NCBI GenBank assembly: GCA_036172245.1 | Contig: JAYWIR010000009.1 | Location: 2,666,001 to 2,730,000 of the forward strand | Reading direction: 5' to 3' | DNA from: Raillietiella orientalis | Taxonomy: Eukaryota | DNA length: 64,000 nucleotides | Shown here: piece after piece, positions 1 through 13,560 of the stretch | Position numbering within the stretch: the stretch's first letter is position 1 | How the letters are laid out: every line of letters starts with the position of its first letter | The notes under the pieces: model-generated | The model's input: the letters and a program-made list of their open reading frames with translations, nothing else | Databases searched by the model: none | What the model was told of the DNA's origin: nothing | Position numbers and translations under genes: made by a program

Positions 1-699
1 TCTGCTTCACATGTCATGTGATTCATACGTAATTACTGCTCTCCAGCTTCGCGTATGTGAAGGAGCGGAACATCTGAAAGGCACACAGGAACAAGTCTTT
101 GATTAATGGAGGTGTTTCTAGCGATCCATGCAAATTAGCATGCACGAGTGTTCTCTTGACGGACGAAACTGAGCTGCCTCTTTGATTATGATGGAGACTA
201 ATCATAGTGATTACAGGGGCAATCAGAATAAACGACTTTTTCCTTCTAAATTCGTTCCTCAATGGCCATTTGGAACTCTTGTTTTCTAAATGACCCTCAG
301 GGATTTTTCACTCAAGTGATTTCGTTTACCAGATGCCACTCCGTGTTCACAGAAAGGCGCTTTTTATTTCTATCGATCCGTCCACATTGGCACTCTTTTC
401 TTCCGAGGAGAGGAAAGAAAAAAAACACACACACACACACAATTTACGTGGCATTTCTTCCCCAGAATGCCCTCGTCCTTTGGTTTGATGCCTTCCTCTA
501 CATGACCTATCGTTACATCCGAGGTTACCATGCGAGCGAGCCGTTCGTTTCACCACAGCGTTCGGCATAAGAGGAAACTCCGTCATCATTTTTATGAGGT
601 TTGACAACGGAACACGAACGGCAAGGGAGGCAGCCACGAAAGACGTGATGCTCTGAGAAGCTTCCAGACGTGTGGGACAGAGAGGAACGCAAACTGACC

Positions 700-1320
700 A
701 GAGGGTGGTCCACCTTTGCTCGTTCTGTGCTCACTCTGAGATGAACTTTTAAGTTTTCTGGATGCTGATGACGGGGCCCCGACTGAAAACCGGTAGGTGG
801 AATTTCATTTTACTGCATCCAATAAGTGCTGGAAGACACTATCCCGTCATCTGGTCCAAAGATGTCTGGCCTTTGCCTATCACGTCCGATGACCCAAGAC
901 GTGTCCCTCGTAAACATCCTGGCTATGGCGGATATTGGCGCAAATCATCTTGACGTATTCCCGTCTGTCTGTAAGTGAGGGATCCCAAGTTTCCGGAAAA
1001 TTCCGCCGTCATTAGGATCCCAGGCGCTGCCAGAGATCCCACCACTGGAGCACTTACAGAGGCCATTACTCCTTTGTCAGCAGGGACAGTTTCTTCTTTT
1101 CTTTTCGCTTCCAGCGCTGGCGTTGAGTGCTCACCAGAGCGAGCGAAATTGAACGTGATGACTGGACTCTGTCCCTCTGAAGTACCAGGTCACGTAGGAG
1201 TTTCGCTCTGATTTTCACGATTGCCTGTCTCGAGGCTACAAGCTCCCATCTTCCTTGTGTTGACTTTTTGATGGGATCAACCAGATGGTCGCCTGAAGTT
1301 GGAATTTCTTACTCGTCCAA
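700..1320 (-). pseudogene. rep: Possible geminivirus-like Rep, decayed
   Basis: KFQLQATIWLIP (FxLQAKxxFLTYP), FNF...EHS (FD..HPN), LTKE and LGSSDVIGKG (Walker A). Confidence 0.35.
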
Positions 1321-1459
1321 GACTCCTTTCATGTCGAGCAGATTCTGCATCTTCGGTCGCCGCCTCTTCTTGCGGGCTCCTTCCTCACGGACAGCGGACT
1401 GACCCAAGCAGCCCGTGTGCGGAACAGTGATCGGTGAACCACGGGTAATCCACGGTATC

Positions 1460-1800
1460 CAAGAACTTCCTATCCTTTCTTTTTCATAACTTATCCAGTA
1501 AATGCTGATGTTCCATTCATGGTGCTTGAACGCCCGAGCTCATAGTGTCAACCAACAACTTTCCCCCGATGCAGATGCTTCTAGATGGAGTGCTGTAGTT
1601 TCCCAGCGGCGATGAGAGAAAGCCTTAGCAACAAATTCGCTGGCTCGTGTGTTTCCGGATTTGATTCCGGGCATGAATTTCCCGAGGCAGACACAATGAG
1701 TGCATTCTTTTTGCGAACATCCTATTCAGAATGTCCCTGGAGAACAACCTGATGGCCTAATCCGGATACGTTAGCTGCTCAAGACAGCACGATGGGGTCT
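1460..1800 (+). pseudogene. rep: Possible geminivirus-like Rep N-terminus
   Basis: FFITYP (FLTYP), AVVSQ, EHPIQ (HPNIQ) and YVS. Confidence 0.35.
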
Positions 1801-2120
1801 GTATATGTTCGCAGCTCAAAACAGCAGGAGTTGGACCGGGTATGTTAGCAGCCCAAGGCAGCCAAAGGCTATTCATGGCTCTCTGCAATTTCTCGCTAAG
1901 GTAAGAAAACAGCAGCAGATCTTTCTGCTGCCATCTTCGCTCTGCCGATGGCCGGCTGTCTGCACGAGTGACTGCTTGTGAGGCGAACGGACCCTTCCAC
2001 CGGACCTCCAGCTGCCTCCAGGTGCTTGGTTATGGGATGCCCTGCTGGCCTGGGACTCTATGGTCCAGAAGAAGGCTCGTGGGCAAGAGTGGAAGGCAGC
2101 AGCCCGAGTCACCAAATAAC

Positions 2121-2161
2121 GGTGACACGGTGACACGATGGTGACACGATGGTGACACGAT
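2121..2161 (+). repeat. Short tandem repeat ggtgacacg(at) x4
   Basis: Direct reading. Confidence 0.9.
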
Positions 2162-3589
2162 GCGGGAAGTCCAGCTCCCGGCAACTTCTTACTGATCCCC
2201 GGAAGCAATAACCAATTCCTCCTTCAGCTGAATTTGTTGCGCAGCCTACGTTTGCTGGAGCGTTAGCGGCTGTACTAATGGCCCACAAGATACGATCAGC
2301 AGTTCCGCCTTAGACGGTAGGAGGAAACAAAGGTGGAAACCTTTGTTGATCTGGCAGCTTAGGAAAAGCTGCTGTTTGCTCGCTGTTATCTTCCTAGGAG
2401 ATCGACTTTCAGAAAGAATGAGAAGGAAAGAGAGGAAAAAGGGAAGGAGAGGAGGAGGCAGAGGCAAAGACGCGACGCTTTCGGCGCGACGCCTCGTGCG
2501 GGATGTCCACGGCATGGCTGCTGCGGGACCCACTTCGAGGTCACCTGCACTGGGCGGAAGGAATAGGCGAGCGCTAATGGAGGAGCTCTTGATTGGCCGA
2601 CAGCACGTGCACAGCCGAATGGGTGAGAGGAAGGAGACGGAGCATCGACCGGCTGTCGCGGTGGAGACGCCGCTTGCTCGCGTGGCGCGCGCGTAAACTC
2701 CCGGTTCCTCACCGTGGGTTCAGAGGAGGCATCCACGGCAACGCCGAACCTCACACCGGCCAGTGGGTCGAAACAGAAAGAGAGGTGGCTGCAACGAGGG
2801 AAGCTACGAGATTCATGAGGATCCGAACAGGAGGAACACAGCCTTGAGCTGACAAAGGGCGAGGGAAAAAGCCGCAGCCGTGGCATGGCGAGGTGAGGAA
2901 GGAGCCGTCGGGATGATCACGCAATGACCAGATTGCCTGCGGCGATGGCCACGGATTGGAGTTTGGAGGCTGAGATTCTCACGAGTGCAGCAGCAGTATG
3001 CTACCGACGGGATGTCATGTCGAAAATTTGCCCTTCAGGGAGCAAGAAACAAACGCGAAAGAAACGCGGAGGAAGCAGAATGACTCGAACTCGGTAATGC
3101 CGCCCAGAGGTGCAAGGAATGGGTAGAAGACCAGGTCCCGGTTTTGTGGAGAGCTCTCCTCTTCCATCCTTCCTCCCCTTCCTCCCTTTCTGCCTTATTC
3201 CTCCTCCTTTTCTTCCACTTCCACTCTCCTCAGGCTTTCGGGCGTATGAGTCTGTGAGGATACTTCTCTCGCAACGTTGTTCTACCATGCGGACTCGTTT
3301 TTCCATCTCCTTCCTCTTCCTTTGCTCCCATCCCAGCATCCCAGAAATCCACCCACTAGTCGGAGAGGCCGGGATCACTGTCCGTCGTATCCCACGGGGT
3401 CTCCTTCCTAGCTTTCCCGCCCCTCCGTTGCGGAAAAAGTGAAAAGGGGAGATAGCTGGAGCGATCCGGTGACTGAGCGAATGGTAGTTGCCAGGGGGAC
3501 GAGAAATTTCCCGTTATTTTTTTCATTTTGCCCCTTCGAAGCGGAACTCGACTAAGCAACCATTCCCAAGGGATTCCGCGAGAGCAGCT

Positions 3590-4010
3590 CGATTTGACGA
3601 CGTCTCGTGTGACGTCATGTCACAGATTCTCTCTTGTGTCTCCAGGAACGAAGTCCTCGGCAGCAGCCGGGGTTTTCAAGAGCGCGCGTCTTTTCTGGAA
3701 AGGAAACTATCCCACCCTGACTTCGAGCATAAGACAGTCTAGGTGGGAATGCCCGAGCGGGCATCTTTCGAATGGTGGTGCTCCTGTCCCGGGTCTGCAA
3801 ATCCAGGCTCTCGTCCCTAGGCGGAGGGACCGCTTCGTGCGCGCGCCTCCAAGCGCCTCTCTTGGGTACTCAGTGGCGGATTCGGTCCGCAAGGAGGTTA
3901 TCGGAACTCCCGATAGATGGGAGGCTCTGTTCAAGAGAATTTTACTACAGCTGCTCTTGAAAAGGCACACGCGTGCCAATCTGCTTTGCGGCTCCATGAG
4001 CCCACCTCAG
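3590..4010 (+). mobile_element. Decayed LINE RT C-terminal fragment
   Basis: RFDDVS (FADD position), CKSR (NxxKS) and IG...WEALFKRILLQL; weak. Confidence 0.35.
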
Positions 4011-5299
4011 CACTCACGGAAGCCGTCGAAATTCTCACAACGGAATCGTCGACCCAAATCATCCCGAGCTCCTGAAAAATCCTCTGAATGTACAAAGGGC
4101 ACGCACCTGCAGGCGTCCTTGCACGCGACCGAAGGCAGGTTGCCGAATAAGACGACACCTGGTGATGCAGGTGGATAGAGAGCAGTGCACTGCAAAGGTT
4201 GGGGAGGAAGGAAGACAAGGGAAGGGTGATCGGAAAGTAGTTTCTTATGAAGCCGAGGAGAATGAATGGGTCATAGGTGAGCGGGAAATGAAGAAAACAG
4301 GTGGTTTGAGCACGACGGACGGAGAACGGCAAACCACCTCGAGCTTGAGAAAAGTCGAGGGACAAGACGGCCTGTCGTGGGTCCCGTCAGCTCCGCTCGT
4401 TGCTTCTACTGTACCATCCACTCGTTTCATCACTCTGCTTTCAGGTTCCCCGATTTCTCACTGGGAGCCGTGGATCACGGTCATCGAAGTAGAAAGCCCT
4501 GCTTCCGGACATACTGCGTCCTAGTGGTTTCAATGGAAGCTGAAATGCGGGATTGAACGTTTGGAATCGCCCCCACCTAGCTGGAAATCAGATTTCCAGG
4601 AACGCCTTCGAGGAGACAGGGAAACTTCGGTGAAATATCCAGAGATGGAGACACGCGCGCCGTTCCACTGGCACTTGTTGCTCGGAGACTGGTACAGACC
4701 GTGCACGTCCGAATCATGCAGAGTCGCGACACGAACCCGGCCACACCTTGCCCTCACATCCACATCGTCGGACCTTTTTCGTCGGTTCTGGAGAATTTGA
4801 GATTATCCAAGAGCCATTCCAGGATTCCGGAGATCGCGAGAGAGGATAGGTGGGAACGTTGGCATGCCTTCCGGATCCAAGCTGAAGCCGTCGTAAGAAA
4901 AGAATTCCTTTACCCTAAGAAGCTTCTGCAACTGTGGACCTCTCGTCTGGAGTCACTGAGGCGCCTCTCTGGAGCGTCATCGCTAGCAGAGTTACGTCAT
5001 CAGAGGGTCCGCTGGTTTCACCATCATACCAGCGAAATGGCATGCATCTCTGAAACGCCTCGTTACTGGGGCTGAGAAAAAAACAGAAGTGATGGCGCGG
5101 GGCTGTGCTGCATGTTGGAAATCGGATGAAGACCAACTCTGGCTGCAGTGAGATGAAAAGGTTTTCCTAAGGGTGATGCTTGCTGATGGAAACGGAAACA
5201 GAAAGAAATAGGTGCAAACCGATTTCTGTGACGAGCGCGAAGGATGCGTACGGTCCTGCTGGGAATAGGGAGGATGATGCCGAAGAGAAGACGCCTTCA

Positions 5300-6080
5300 T
5301 GAATACGCGCGGGCTGGTACGGCACAAAGTGGATGCGAGGAAGAGGTGGATCTGTGAGAGAAGTCTGTTGCATCGTCTTGGATCGATAAGGGAGCGCAGA
5401 GTCACTCCTAAGCGTGGAAGATCCAGCGATCCTCGTCCGAGTACCAGGAGCCACAAATACGTCACTCTAAGAAGGGAAATATGTAAAACGTGGAAAAGAT
5501 GAGACGAAGGAAGTGAACCGAGGATTCACGGGGTCGCAGGGGACGGAGAAGATTTCCTCAGGAAAAGACGAAGCCGTTGGCAGGTCGAATCAGTTGTTCA
5601 GCGGATCTCCATCTCGTTCCACGGAGCTGGTTGATGACTCCCTCGGGGGTGCCTCTTCAGAGCGTAAGAAGCGCGCTGCTCCCTTCATGGACAGAGCCTT
5701 TCAATGTTCACGGAATGCACGTAACGCCAAGAAGAGCGTAACCGTCGCAAGAGCGAGAACGAAGCCTCCGAAACAGAAGAGTTCAGGGTGCTTTTCGCAA
5801 AAAAAGGGGAAGTCTGTGGTGGCAGAGAAGGCAGCGTGGGCGTAACTGCGAAGCAAGCGCCGTACTTTAGCTAAAAGCTCACAGAAAAGCTGTTTCAGAA
5901 TGGAAGCTGTAACGTGTTCAAGATGGTAATCCAGATTAGGGCTGGATGATCAATCACGAAGATTTTACTAATGGGGTACCCTGGATTTCCCCAACAGGGC
6001 GAGAAGGTCAGACCAAGTCTTCTGCACTCCTTTTGCGAGGTGTTGCCTTTGGGTGTCAGTCCGAGACGGAGGACATCATA
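5300..6080 (+). pseudogene. rep: Possible CRESS Rep, decayed
   Basis: KGKSVVA (Walker A GKS), GLDD (Walker B) and LLMGYP (DRYP position), in order. Confidence 0.35.
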
Positions 6081-6149
6081 GGGATGGCTGCCAAGTGCTA
6101 TTGAATTCCATGAGAAAGATCAAGGTCAACGCGAGCTGAGTTTCAGATT

Positions 6150-7720
6150 TTTCACCCTGGTTCGCCGGGACGTTTGTTTATTAAAATAATAAACAATGCA
6201 ATAGTAGTAGGGCTTGTGGCCCCACGACGTCCAGACTACTGAGAACTTGCGGAGAATTCCTGCTGGCAGACCGGCGAGGGTGCCCTCGACAGCAGAAGGG
6301 AGGGAAGGGAGGAACCAAAGGAAAAACAAGATAAAAACAAGGATAAACAAGATAAAAACAAGATTTTTGGGGGAGGACGGTTAAAATGACTTAAAATGAC
6401 TTTGGGGAGCACGGGAAGAGGTCACCTCTTCTTCTGGGGCCTGTCCTGTGCATTCCATCGAGGATGCCGGCAAGTCCCCGCTGCATGTTCTTCAGGCGGG
6501 GCCATCTCGTTGCCCTCCGCAAAAAACATCGGGCGGAGTGGATGGCGTCCCTAGAGCGGCCTTCTCCTCTGGCGTCGTTATAGGCTGCCACAAGCCCGCG
6601 TAGGGAAGCAAAGAGCTACCATGGACGCGGCTGGCGACAATGCGTCGCGCAGGAAGAGGAGTTCCCGTGCCTCCCTAAGGGTGATACCTGGGATACAAAG
6701 GGTGGTCGCCTCAGAAGGTTCCCTCAAGCAGGCGCGCGTGGGATTCGCGTTCTCCTCACCTGCTGCAGTTTGGATCCCCCAACCCAGGTCCAGCGATGTC
6801 GGCGGACACTGCATGGGTGGCGCCGGTGTAGCAGCAGAAGCGCCGATTCCTGACGAACTTGAGGGAGGGTGGGACTGTCCAAGAACACTGGTGGCCACAT
6901 GAAGTCTTCCTGAAGAATTGCCAGCTGCTATCCCCAGCGCCAAAGTCCTTTAGGGGGGGCACTTGTGGTCTCAGAGTCTTCCAGCTGGCCCGTGGTCCGA
7001 CCACCTAGCATCCTCCACCTGGGGCTGCCAATGTGGGCCCTCAAGGAGGGCGGCGCCGCGTCCAGATAGGTTTTTTCTACCCATGCGCACTGGGTGGAAT
7101 GAGCGACGATCCACTAGAGCGAGCTGCCGTTGCAGGAGTCGCTGCCGTGAATCCGCGCTTGCTAGTCTCCTCCCACGTGGGAACCGTTTCCTGCAGCCAG
7201 GCATCGCTGGGCAACAAGAGGTCCAGATGTTTCTTCTGGTCAGTGCAGCCACCCGCCAGAGCTGAAGCCCGCAACGGGAAGCCTTGAGGCAGCGCTGGGC
7301 AAGGAAAGAAGGTCTGTCGCAGCTGGTAGCTCGCCTGATCAGGAGACATACCGGTTCACAACAGTTGGGTGTCCACTGGGGCCAAAATTCTCCACTGGAG
7401 TTGCCGCTTCAGGCGCTCTGACCTCAGGAAACTGAGACCACGATCGCGATGAGGAGCACACAATCCATTCAAGCGGACTCGAGGTCTTCCTGTGCCTCCC
7501 TCAACAGGGCGATCCTGAATAGGTCCTTTGTCCGCTTCTTCACACTGCTTGGAGGGGAGCAAACACAAAGCCAGGGAGGAAGACGGGGATCATGGAGGTG
7601 TTCTATACCGCGGCCAGTTCGAGCAAGTGAAACTATTCTCCTCAGAACAGGCCGAGCGTCTGTTCTGCCTTCGGCTACGGTTTGGGGGTGCCTATGAAGC
7701 GCAAGCAATCGCGGGATGCA
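6150..7720 (-). mobile_element. 5'-truncated L1/Tx1 LINE
   Basis: DPNCSR zinc-finger region, nucleotide similarity to the 8450-9304 copy (e.g. QVPPLKDFGA) and a tail motif at ~6150-6190. Confidence 0.75.
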
Positions 7721-8449
7721 CTGGGAGAGGTCACCAAAGAGGGAAGAAGACGAGAGTTATGTCGTCATAAATGAAGAACGAGGTGACGGAAAATCGAGAG
7801 GGATAGAGGGAAAAAGTTAGTGGCCAGATCTAGAAAAAATGGGTGGAATTATGGGATTTCAGAAGAACAAAAAAATAAGTGTCAGAGTTGCGGAGAAATG
7901 ATGGAACGTGTCCGAAGCTTCGCTCATCTTTGAGGGAGGCTGAAGACACAAACGGATGCGTTCAACTCGGCATCCATCCTTCAAGGAGGCTTGAAGCCGT
8001 GACGCTCCGGAACGGGAGGAATCCAGGTCATCATGCTAGACACTGCTTGCCTGCTGGCAGCCTAGCGAGACTCCTGTAAAGGAAGCAAAGACCAAAGGCT
8101 AATTCTCCTTTCCGTTGTCACAGGAGCTCTGGCATCTGTGCTAACAGGGATGTATCAGCACCCCTGGGAGACCGAGGAAAGGTGAATGTTCGCAGCTCCC
8201 TATCACGGTGAGGCTGGACATTCCGCCTTTTCTTTTCCAAACCCAACCATCAACATCTTCCCTCCATCCCTCTCGATTTTCCGTCATCTCGTTCCTCATT
8301 TCTGAAGGCATGAATGAGCCAACACAGAGCACCGCCGAGGCGCGTGCTGCACTCCCGCTCTGGATAACTGGTCCGAGAGCGGCGCTGCCACTTCTACCGG
8401 AGGGGCCACGCAGCAGGAGGAAGTTATGGGGTAATTCCCTTGAACACCC

Positions 8450-9304
8450 AAACCGTGTTCGACTTCAAGGAAGATTTCCTCAGGAATATTTGGTACGTCA
8501 AGAAGCCGCTCGCCTAACACTGTGCACGCCACCCGAGGGGGCGCTGCGATCCCAAGTGCCCCTCCTAAAGGACTTTGGTGCTGAGGGTAGAGGCTGGCAA
8601 TTCTTCGGGAGGACGTCGAGTGGCCCCAGGCCTCAAGAACAACCGGACCCTTCACCTAAAGTGACAGGAGTCGGCACCTGTGCTGTTGCACTGGGGTCTC
8701 CCGTGCAACGCTCGCTTCTCTCTATAGACCCGGTGGCCTTTGGATCCAAACTGCTTGAGGTGCGGGGAACGGGAATCCCTCTTGCACCTGCCAGCAGACT
8801 GTGTTGCCCTCCGGCCCCTCTGGTTGGTGCACCGATGGTGCACCGATGGACAATTTCAGGGACGCCTCTTCGTGCGCGATGCCCTTTCGCCTGCAGCATC
8901 CCTAGCAGCACTTTGCTGCCTACTGGGATTGTGGAGGCCTGGAGCCACGAGAGGAGGACGGCGCGATAGGGACGCCATCTGCTTCTCCCTGAGCTTCCTG
9001 CGGAAGGCAGCCAGACGGCTACACCTGGGGGCATACTCAGCTGGAACTTGATGTCATCCTGGAAAGGATGCAGAGGACTCCTCCCAGTAAACAGTGGTCT
9101 CTTCCCGTGCTATCCGGAGTTTTTTTTTCTATTGCTTATTTTTTTCTTTGTTTGCTCTTCCCCTTCCACTGCCGAGACAGACCTCGTCGGCCTGCGTGCA
9201 GGTTACTAAGCAGGTTCCGAACAATTTGGGACGACGTAGAGCCGATGGCCCTACACATTTATGTTTATCATTTTTTATGATTAACGCTTCGGCGTGACCG
9301 GGTG
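8450..9304 (+). mobile_element. 5'-truncated L1/Tx1 LINE
   Basis: DPNCLRCGERESLLHLPADCVALRPLW; ends in cggcgtgaccgggtg. Confidence 0.85.
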
Positions 9305-9490
9305 ATAAACCACCCAAGGATGCGTGTTAACTCTTCAAGCCAGGGTCAACTCAGGACCCTGCAGGCCAACCAGCGTCACCTTGCTGGGGGAGGCCGAAAC
9401 CCACGACACACCCATTTCTCTGGCATCGATCCTGTACTGGTATTCGAACTCGCGATGCTCGGTACAACGCCCGAAGACCGCGGCCATACA
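9305..9490 (-). mobile_element. Internally deleted SINE (head joined to 3' module)
   Basis: Minus strand gagttcgaatacc B-box-like sequence plus aaatgggtgtgtcgtggg, and the ccacccaaggatgcgtgttaactcttcaag module. Confidence 0.6.
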
Positions 9491-10099
9491 GTCTCCAGCG
9501 CGGGCAAGTCTTGGAGCACAGGGTGTCAGCAGCACTGTGCTGCTTGTGTGCCTGCCAAAGACCTTATCGCGCGGACCGCGGACCGTACGGATGTCACTTT
9601 TGAGCATCCATCGAGAAATGAGCTGACCCCTCTGCTTTGGGCTATCCACTTGCCGCGTGCATTACGAGGCAGAGCGCACGAGTAATGCAAGCAGAGACGC
9701 GCTTGGGCATTCACGCATTCGTCGTCTCCCCTCTGCCCGTCCATCTGCCACGCTGAGCCACTCCGGGAGCGGGCTGTACGCAACCTCTGGACGTGTTGCG
9801 GTTGCGTGACGTCACGCGGAATGACGCCCTTGCGGGCAGCTGCTGCATCAAGCGCGGCCCCGCATGCGGGCTGCTTTCGCGCGGTCTCCTTCCTTGCTGC
9901 CTCTTCGCGCCCTTCCCTGCGCACGTGATCCTTTGAGGATCCGGATGCAAATTCTTTCTGCAAACTTTCATACGGCGGGAAAAGGGAGGGAAGACGTGTG
10001 ATTCGATGTCTTCCAGAGCCCCTTTCCGGTAGAGAAAACAATTTTCGCGGGATGACTAACTGTTTGCTTTCTACGTGTGCTCCAGGTGCTCGTTTTTTG

Positions 10100-10500
10100 G
10101 GGTCTCATGAAGAGGGAAGCACACTCGGTTGCCATGCCAGCGAGAGAGTCCAACCTAGATAAACGAAAAGCACTGGAAGCGCCGAGACACGTGTTTATTT
10201 ACAGTCTTGGGACGGCTTATCAATTTATCTCGGGGCTGCTCCTCAGCAAACAATCTTCACACACAGAAGTACCCGTGACAGTAGCAATAAATAATGCCCT
10301 GAAGGGATGGATTTATGACTTTCCTATTCAATTCTTGCACGACCGGACACGAAGAATTGCTGCTGCAATCTCAGATCCCGCTGTAGGGATGCAGCTTATC
10401 TTCATCAAGTTTCAGACCCTTGCTTTTTAGAAAGTTCGACAGCTAGCTTGTTGATCGGAAGAAGCAGGTTGGGAAGCTGACTTTTCCGAAGGAACCAAAC
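10100..10500 (+). pseudogene. rep: Probable CRESS Rep helicase fragment (nanovirus-like)
   Basis: PRHVFIYSLG, KGWIYDFP (IIFDxP) and ISDPAVGMQLIFIKF (ExxKDGxxxxxKY) in ORF 10077-10430. Confidence 0.4.
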
Positions 10501-12099
10501 CGGAAGTCAATTTGGCGAAGCCGACGTATTTCTGTCCCGACGAAGAACTGGGATGTAAACAAGGGGATGTAAGAAAGGGAAAGTGGAATGAGGAAGAAAA
10601 AGCAAAAGGTATCAAGAGAGCGCCCTTATTTCTGTCTCTTTCTTTTGACGTCAAAGCGCAGAGAGAGGAAGAGATGTGTTTTGGGGGGAGATGGGAAGGG
10701 GGGGGGGAGGACAAGGAATATAGCCAGTAGGTGCTTCCGAGTATTCGAGGCTTCGTTCGTTACGGCTTTCCAAACGATTGCCAAGGAAACTTCATCTCCT
10801 GGCAAAGTCTAATGGGCGAATAGATGAGTGCCGATCTATGAGAAGTTGTGGGGCCTTGCAGATGCTTCCGAACTAAGTGTTAGCTGTACACGTGTGCATA
10901 TACTATTAACTATTATAATAACTGGTGTAATCAGACTACCAGCACGAGTTGTTGAGAGAGCTAGCTGGTCCTGCACAAGCCTTGTTCTCTGGATTTTAGT
11001 TTTGCAATGCGCGGATTAAGCCCGGTGGCAGCAACTTTACGTCAATCCTCCACCCAGGTAGACCATCCGGCCGGAGCTATAGGTAACTTAGAGAAGTAGG
11101 TGTGCCGTCCAAACACCTTCATGGTAGCTGAGAACGAGCAGTGGCGGTCTCTTCTGAAAAATCAACTCGATTCGATTTACTCAACCTGTGGCCATTTTTG
11201 TCGCACATAACGACCAGCAGCAAGGCCAAGCAAATCTCGGATTTTTGCGGAAATGGATTGGGTCAGTTGGGTTGAACGACCACACCACCCATAGGGCACA
11301 CCCCTGCCGTCTTCAGCTTGGGAACTACAGTTCAGGTAAAAAAAAAAAAAAAAAAAACCCGGATTCTGATGTGACTCGCAGATTCGTGAATGGAGCAGCC
11401 TGCGTTTCCCACATCACTGCTGACAGGGAAGCGCATCGGACGTCGAGGATACGAGTGCGCACCACGGGCAGTTTTGAGCTTTTCGAAACGAAGCGCGTCT
11501 TTGCACTCAGCTAGCTATGAATTGCTACTCGATGGACCCGAACGGTCCCTTACTTAAAAAATAGCCAATCACTCAAAGGGAATGATTTCAACGCCGACAC
11601 TACACTATCCTGTAAGTTGATTCTTCTCGTTCATCGACCTGGGGTCATGTCGACTTTTAGTTTGTCTTTGAACCAGGGATCAACCGCTCCAAGTTGTGCC
11701 ACCATCGGACCTCCTCGGTAGTTGCCTAGACCGTCTCACCCTCCTTCAGTTTGGCTCTTTAGTGATGGCTGGATCTTGTGATCTTCCGCGATGGTACCAT
11801 TTGAGGTATTCTGGAGCATGCACCAATTGAGGAAAAATGTGGTCTTCCCCTTAGTCCAGGCTGGCGAGAGCAAACAACCTCTCCCCTACCCGAGTGCCAG
11901 CTATCAGGAACAGGCTCATGCTGTCCATGAATCCCATAATTCTCTCCTGGAGCGGTACGACAGTACGACAGGAATGAGCCCTACAGGGGCTTCGCGGTCG
12001 AATAATCGGCGCACCTGTACTTTGCTCCCACTGGCATCTCTTGCGCAGTTTCCTCAAAGTGTTGGCATCCTGGTCACGAGCACCACAGCATCTGATGTT

Positions 12100-13560
12100 T
12101 GCTTCGAGCAGAGTCCGGAGCTGTGGCGAGCGGCTGGGAGCACATTACCTTTGAGCTGTGTTTCCAAGGAAACATCGGAATTTGTACAGAGGAGCTTGCG
12201 AAATTCGCGAAAGAGATGCAAGGAAACAACTCTGCGTTGTGCACCCCTTTTAGCGGTGTGTTCCAAAATGTGGCACAGATGGGGCGCATTTATTGCACAC
12301 CGTGTCTGGGTGGTTAGCCAAGATGAAGCACATAGCGGATGTTCTGTTCGTCGTCACCTATGCTTTCTGTGCGTGTCATCGACCACGAGCGAGACGTGAG
12401 GCTGTTCTGCACCGAAGTGTGGTCCATAGGGTGTTTCGACGCGTGCCAAGTGTCGTCTCACCCTGAAGCAGCATTGACGTTGTACCGTACGCGTGATTTT
12501 CAAACGACGATGCCTGCATGGCGTGAAACAACGGGAGCACATTAGACACACCGTCTGAGTCAGACAGAGAAAGTGCACCCACGAAACTTGTGATTGTCTA
12601 CGGAGCATCATTCTTCATCTTATGGTGACGATGGGGCGGGTTGACACGTCCTGCCCCCCCCAGGGGGGGTTGGGGAGTTGCCTCCACACAGTGTCAAGAA
12701 GCGCGCTGCTCCCTTCGGAGAGAACCCTTCAGAGAAATTTGGAACAGCCCTTTCGGGGCTTTCTTAGGAGACCAGGCGACCAGGGCGAGAGTGGCTTTCG
12801 GGGCTGCCTGCCAAGCGTCAGAGGAACAGACTCCTTTCTATGGGGTCTTCCTGGACTCATACATAGGTCGCCCCCTCCCGGGTTGCGCTCTACTTGAAGG
12901 GTCACACGCACCCTCGGGTGGCGTGGACAGTGCTTCAAGGGCTTCGGGAGTCCTCCCTAAGGAAGCGAACGGTTCTTCAGCACTGGATGAATCAAAAAAA
13001 AACAAAAAACAAAACAAAACCCGGAAAAAAAAAAAAAAAAAACACAATCTGGAAGGAAAGCAGAGAGAACAAAGGAACCCAAAAGGATTTCCATCGTTCT
13101 TCAAACCTGAAAGGAAACTGAAAAGGTGCTCTTTTTTCCCCTGTCCTTTTTCACCAAGGAAAGCAGCGTTGTTTTCCAGGAGCAAATAAAGGATTAAAGG
13201 CTTGCAGACTTTTCCATGGAATCCCGCCAGCTCGTGCTTATTCTAAATCTCACAAGCCGCAATCTACCTACCTTTAATCTTGCTAGCATGTGTTCAGAGG
13301 CGTTCGCGAAGAGCGATGGCTGAAAAAGAAAGAAATCTTCGTAGCCAGAAGCAGTGCTCGGAAAGTTTGGCAAGCCCTGATTTTCCACCTCGGGGTGCTG
13401 CAGCCTCCTTCCGTGGCGAAAATATTTCATCTCGTCTTAAAGACAAGATGAAAATAGCAAGAGACAATGCCATGCAAAGCTGGAACTCTCCAAACATTTG
13501 GTTATCCAATCGCTGCTCTTCACGCACTTGCAGAAAAAGAGTGGTCCGGGAAGCTATTAC
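12100..13560 (+). pseudogene. rep: CRESS Rep (nanovirus/alphasatellite-like) split by a SINE insertion
   Basis: 5' part: CTPFSGVFQNVAQMGRIY (ExCPxTGxxHxQG) and VRLFCTE (YCxK). After the SINE, ORF 13280-13651 carries DFPPR (DxPR), RLKDKM (ExLKDG) and NSPNIWLSN (xxPHIxVFxN) in one frame. Confidence 0.6.
12620..13190 (+). mobile_element. SINE 3' half
   Basis: cttgaagggtcacacgcaccctcgggtggcgt, then an A-rich tract and aaaaggatttcc, as at 62040-62215. Confidence 0.75.
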
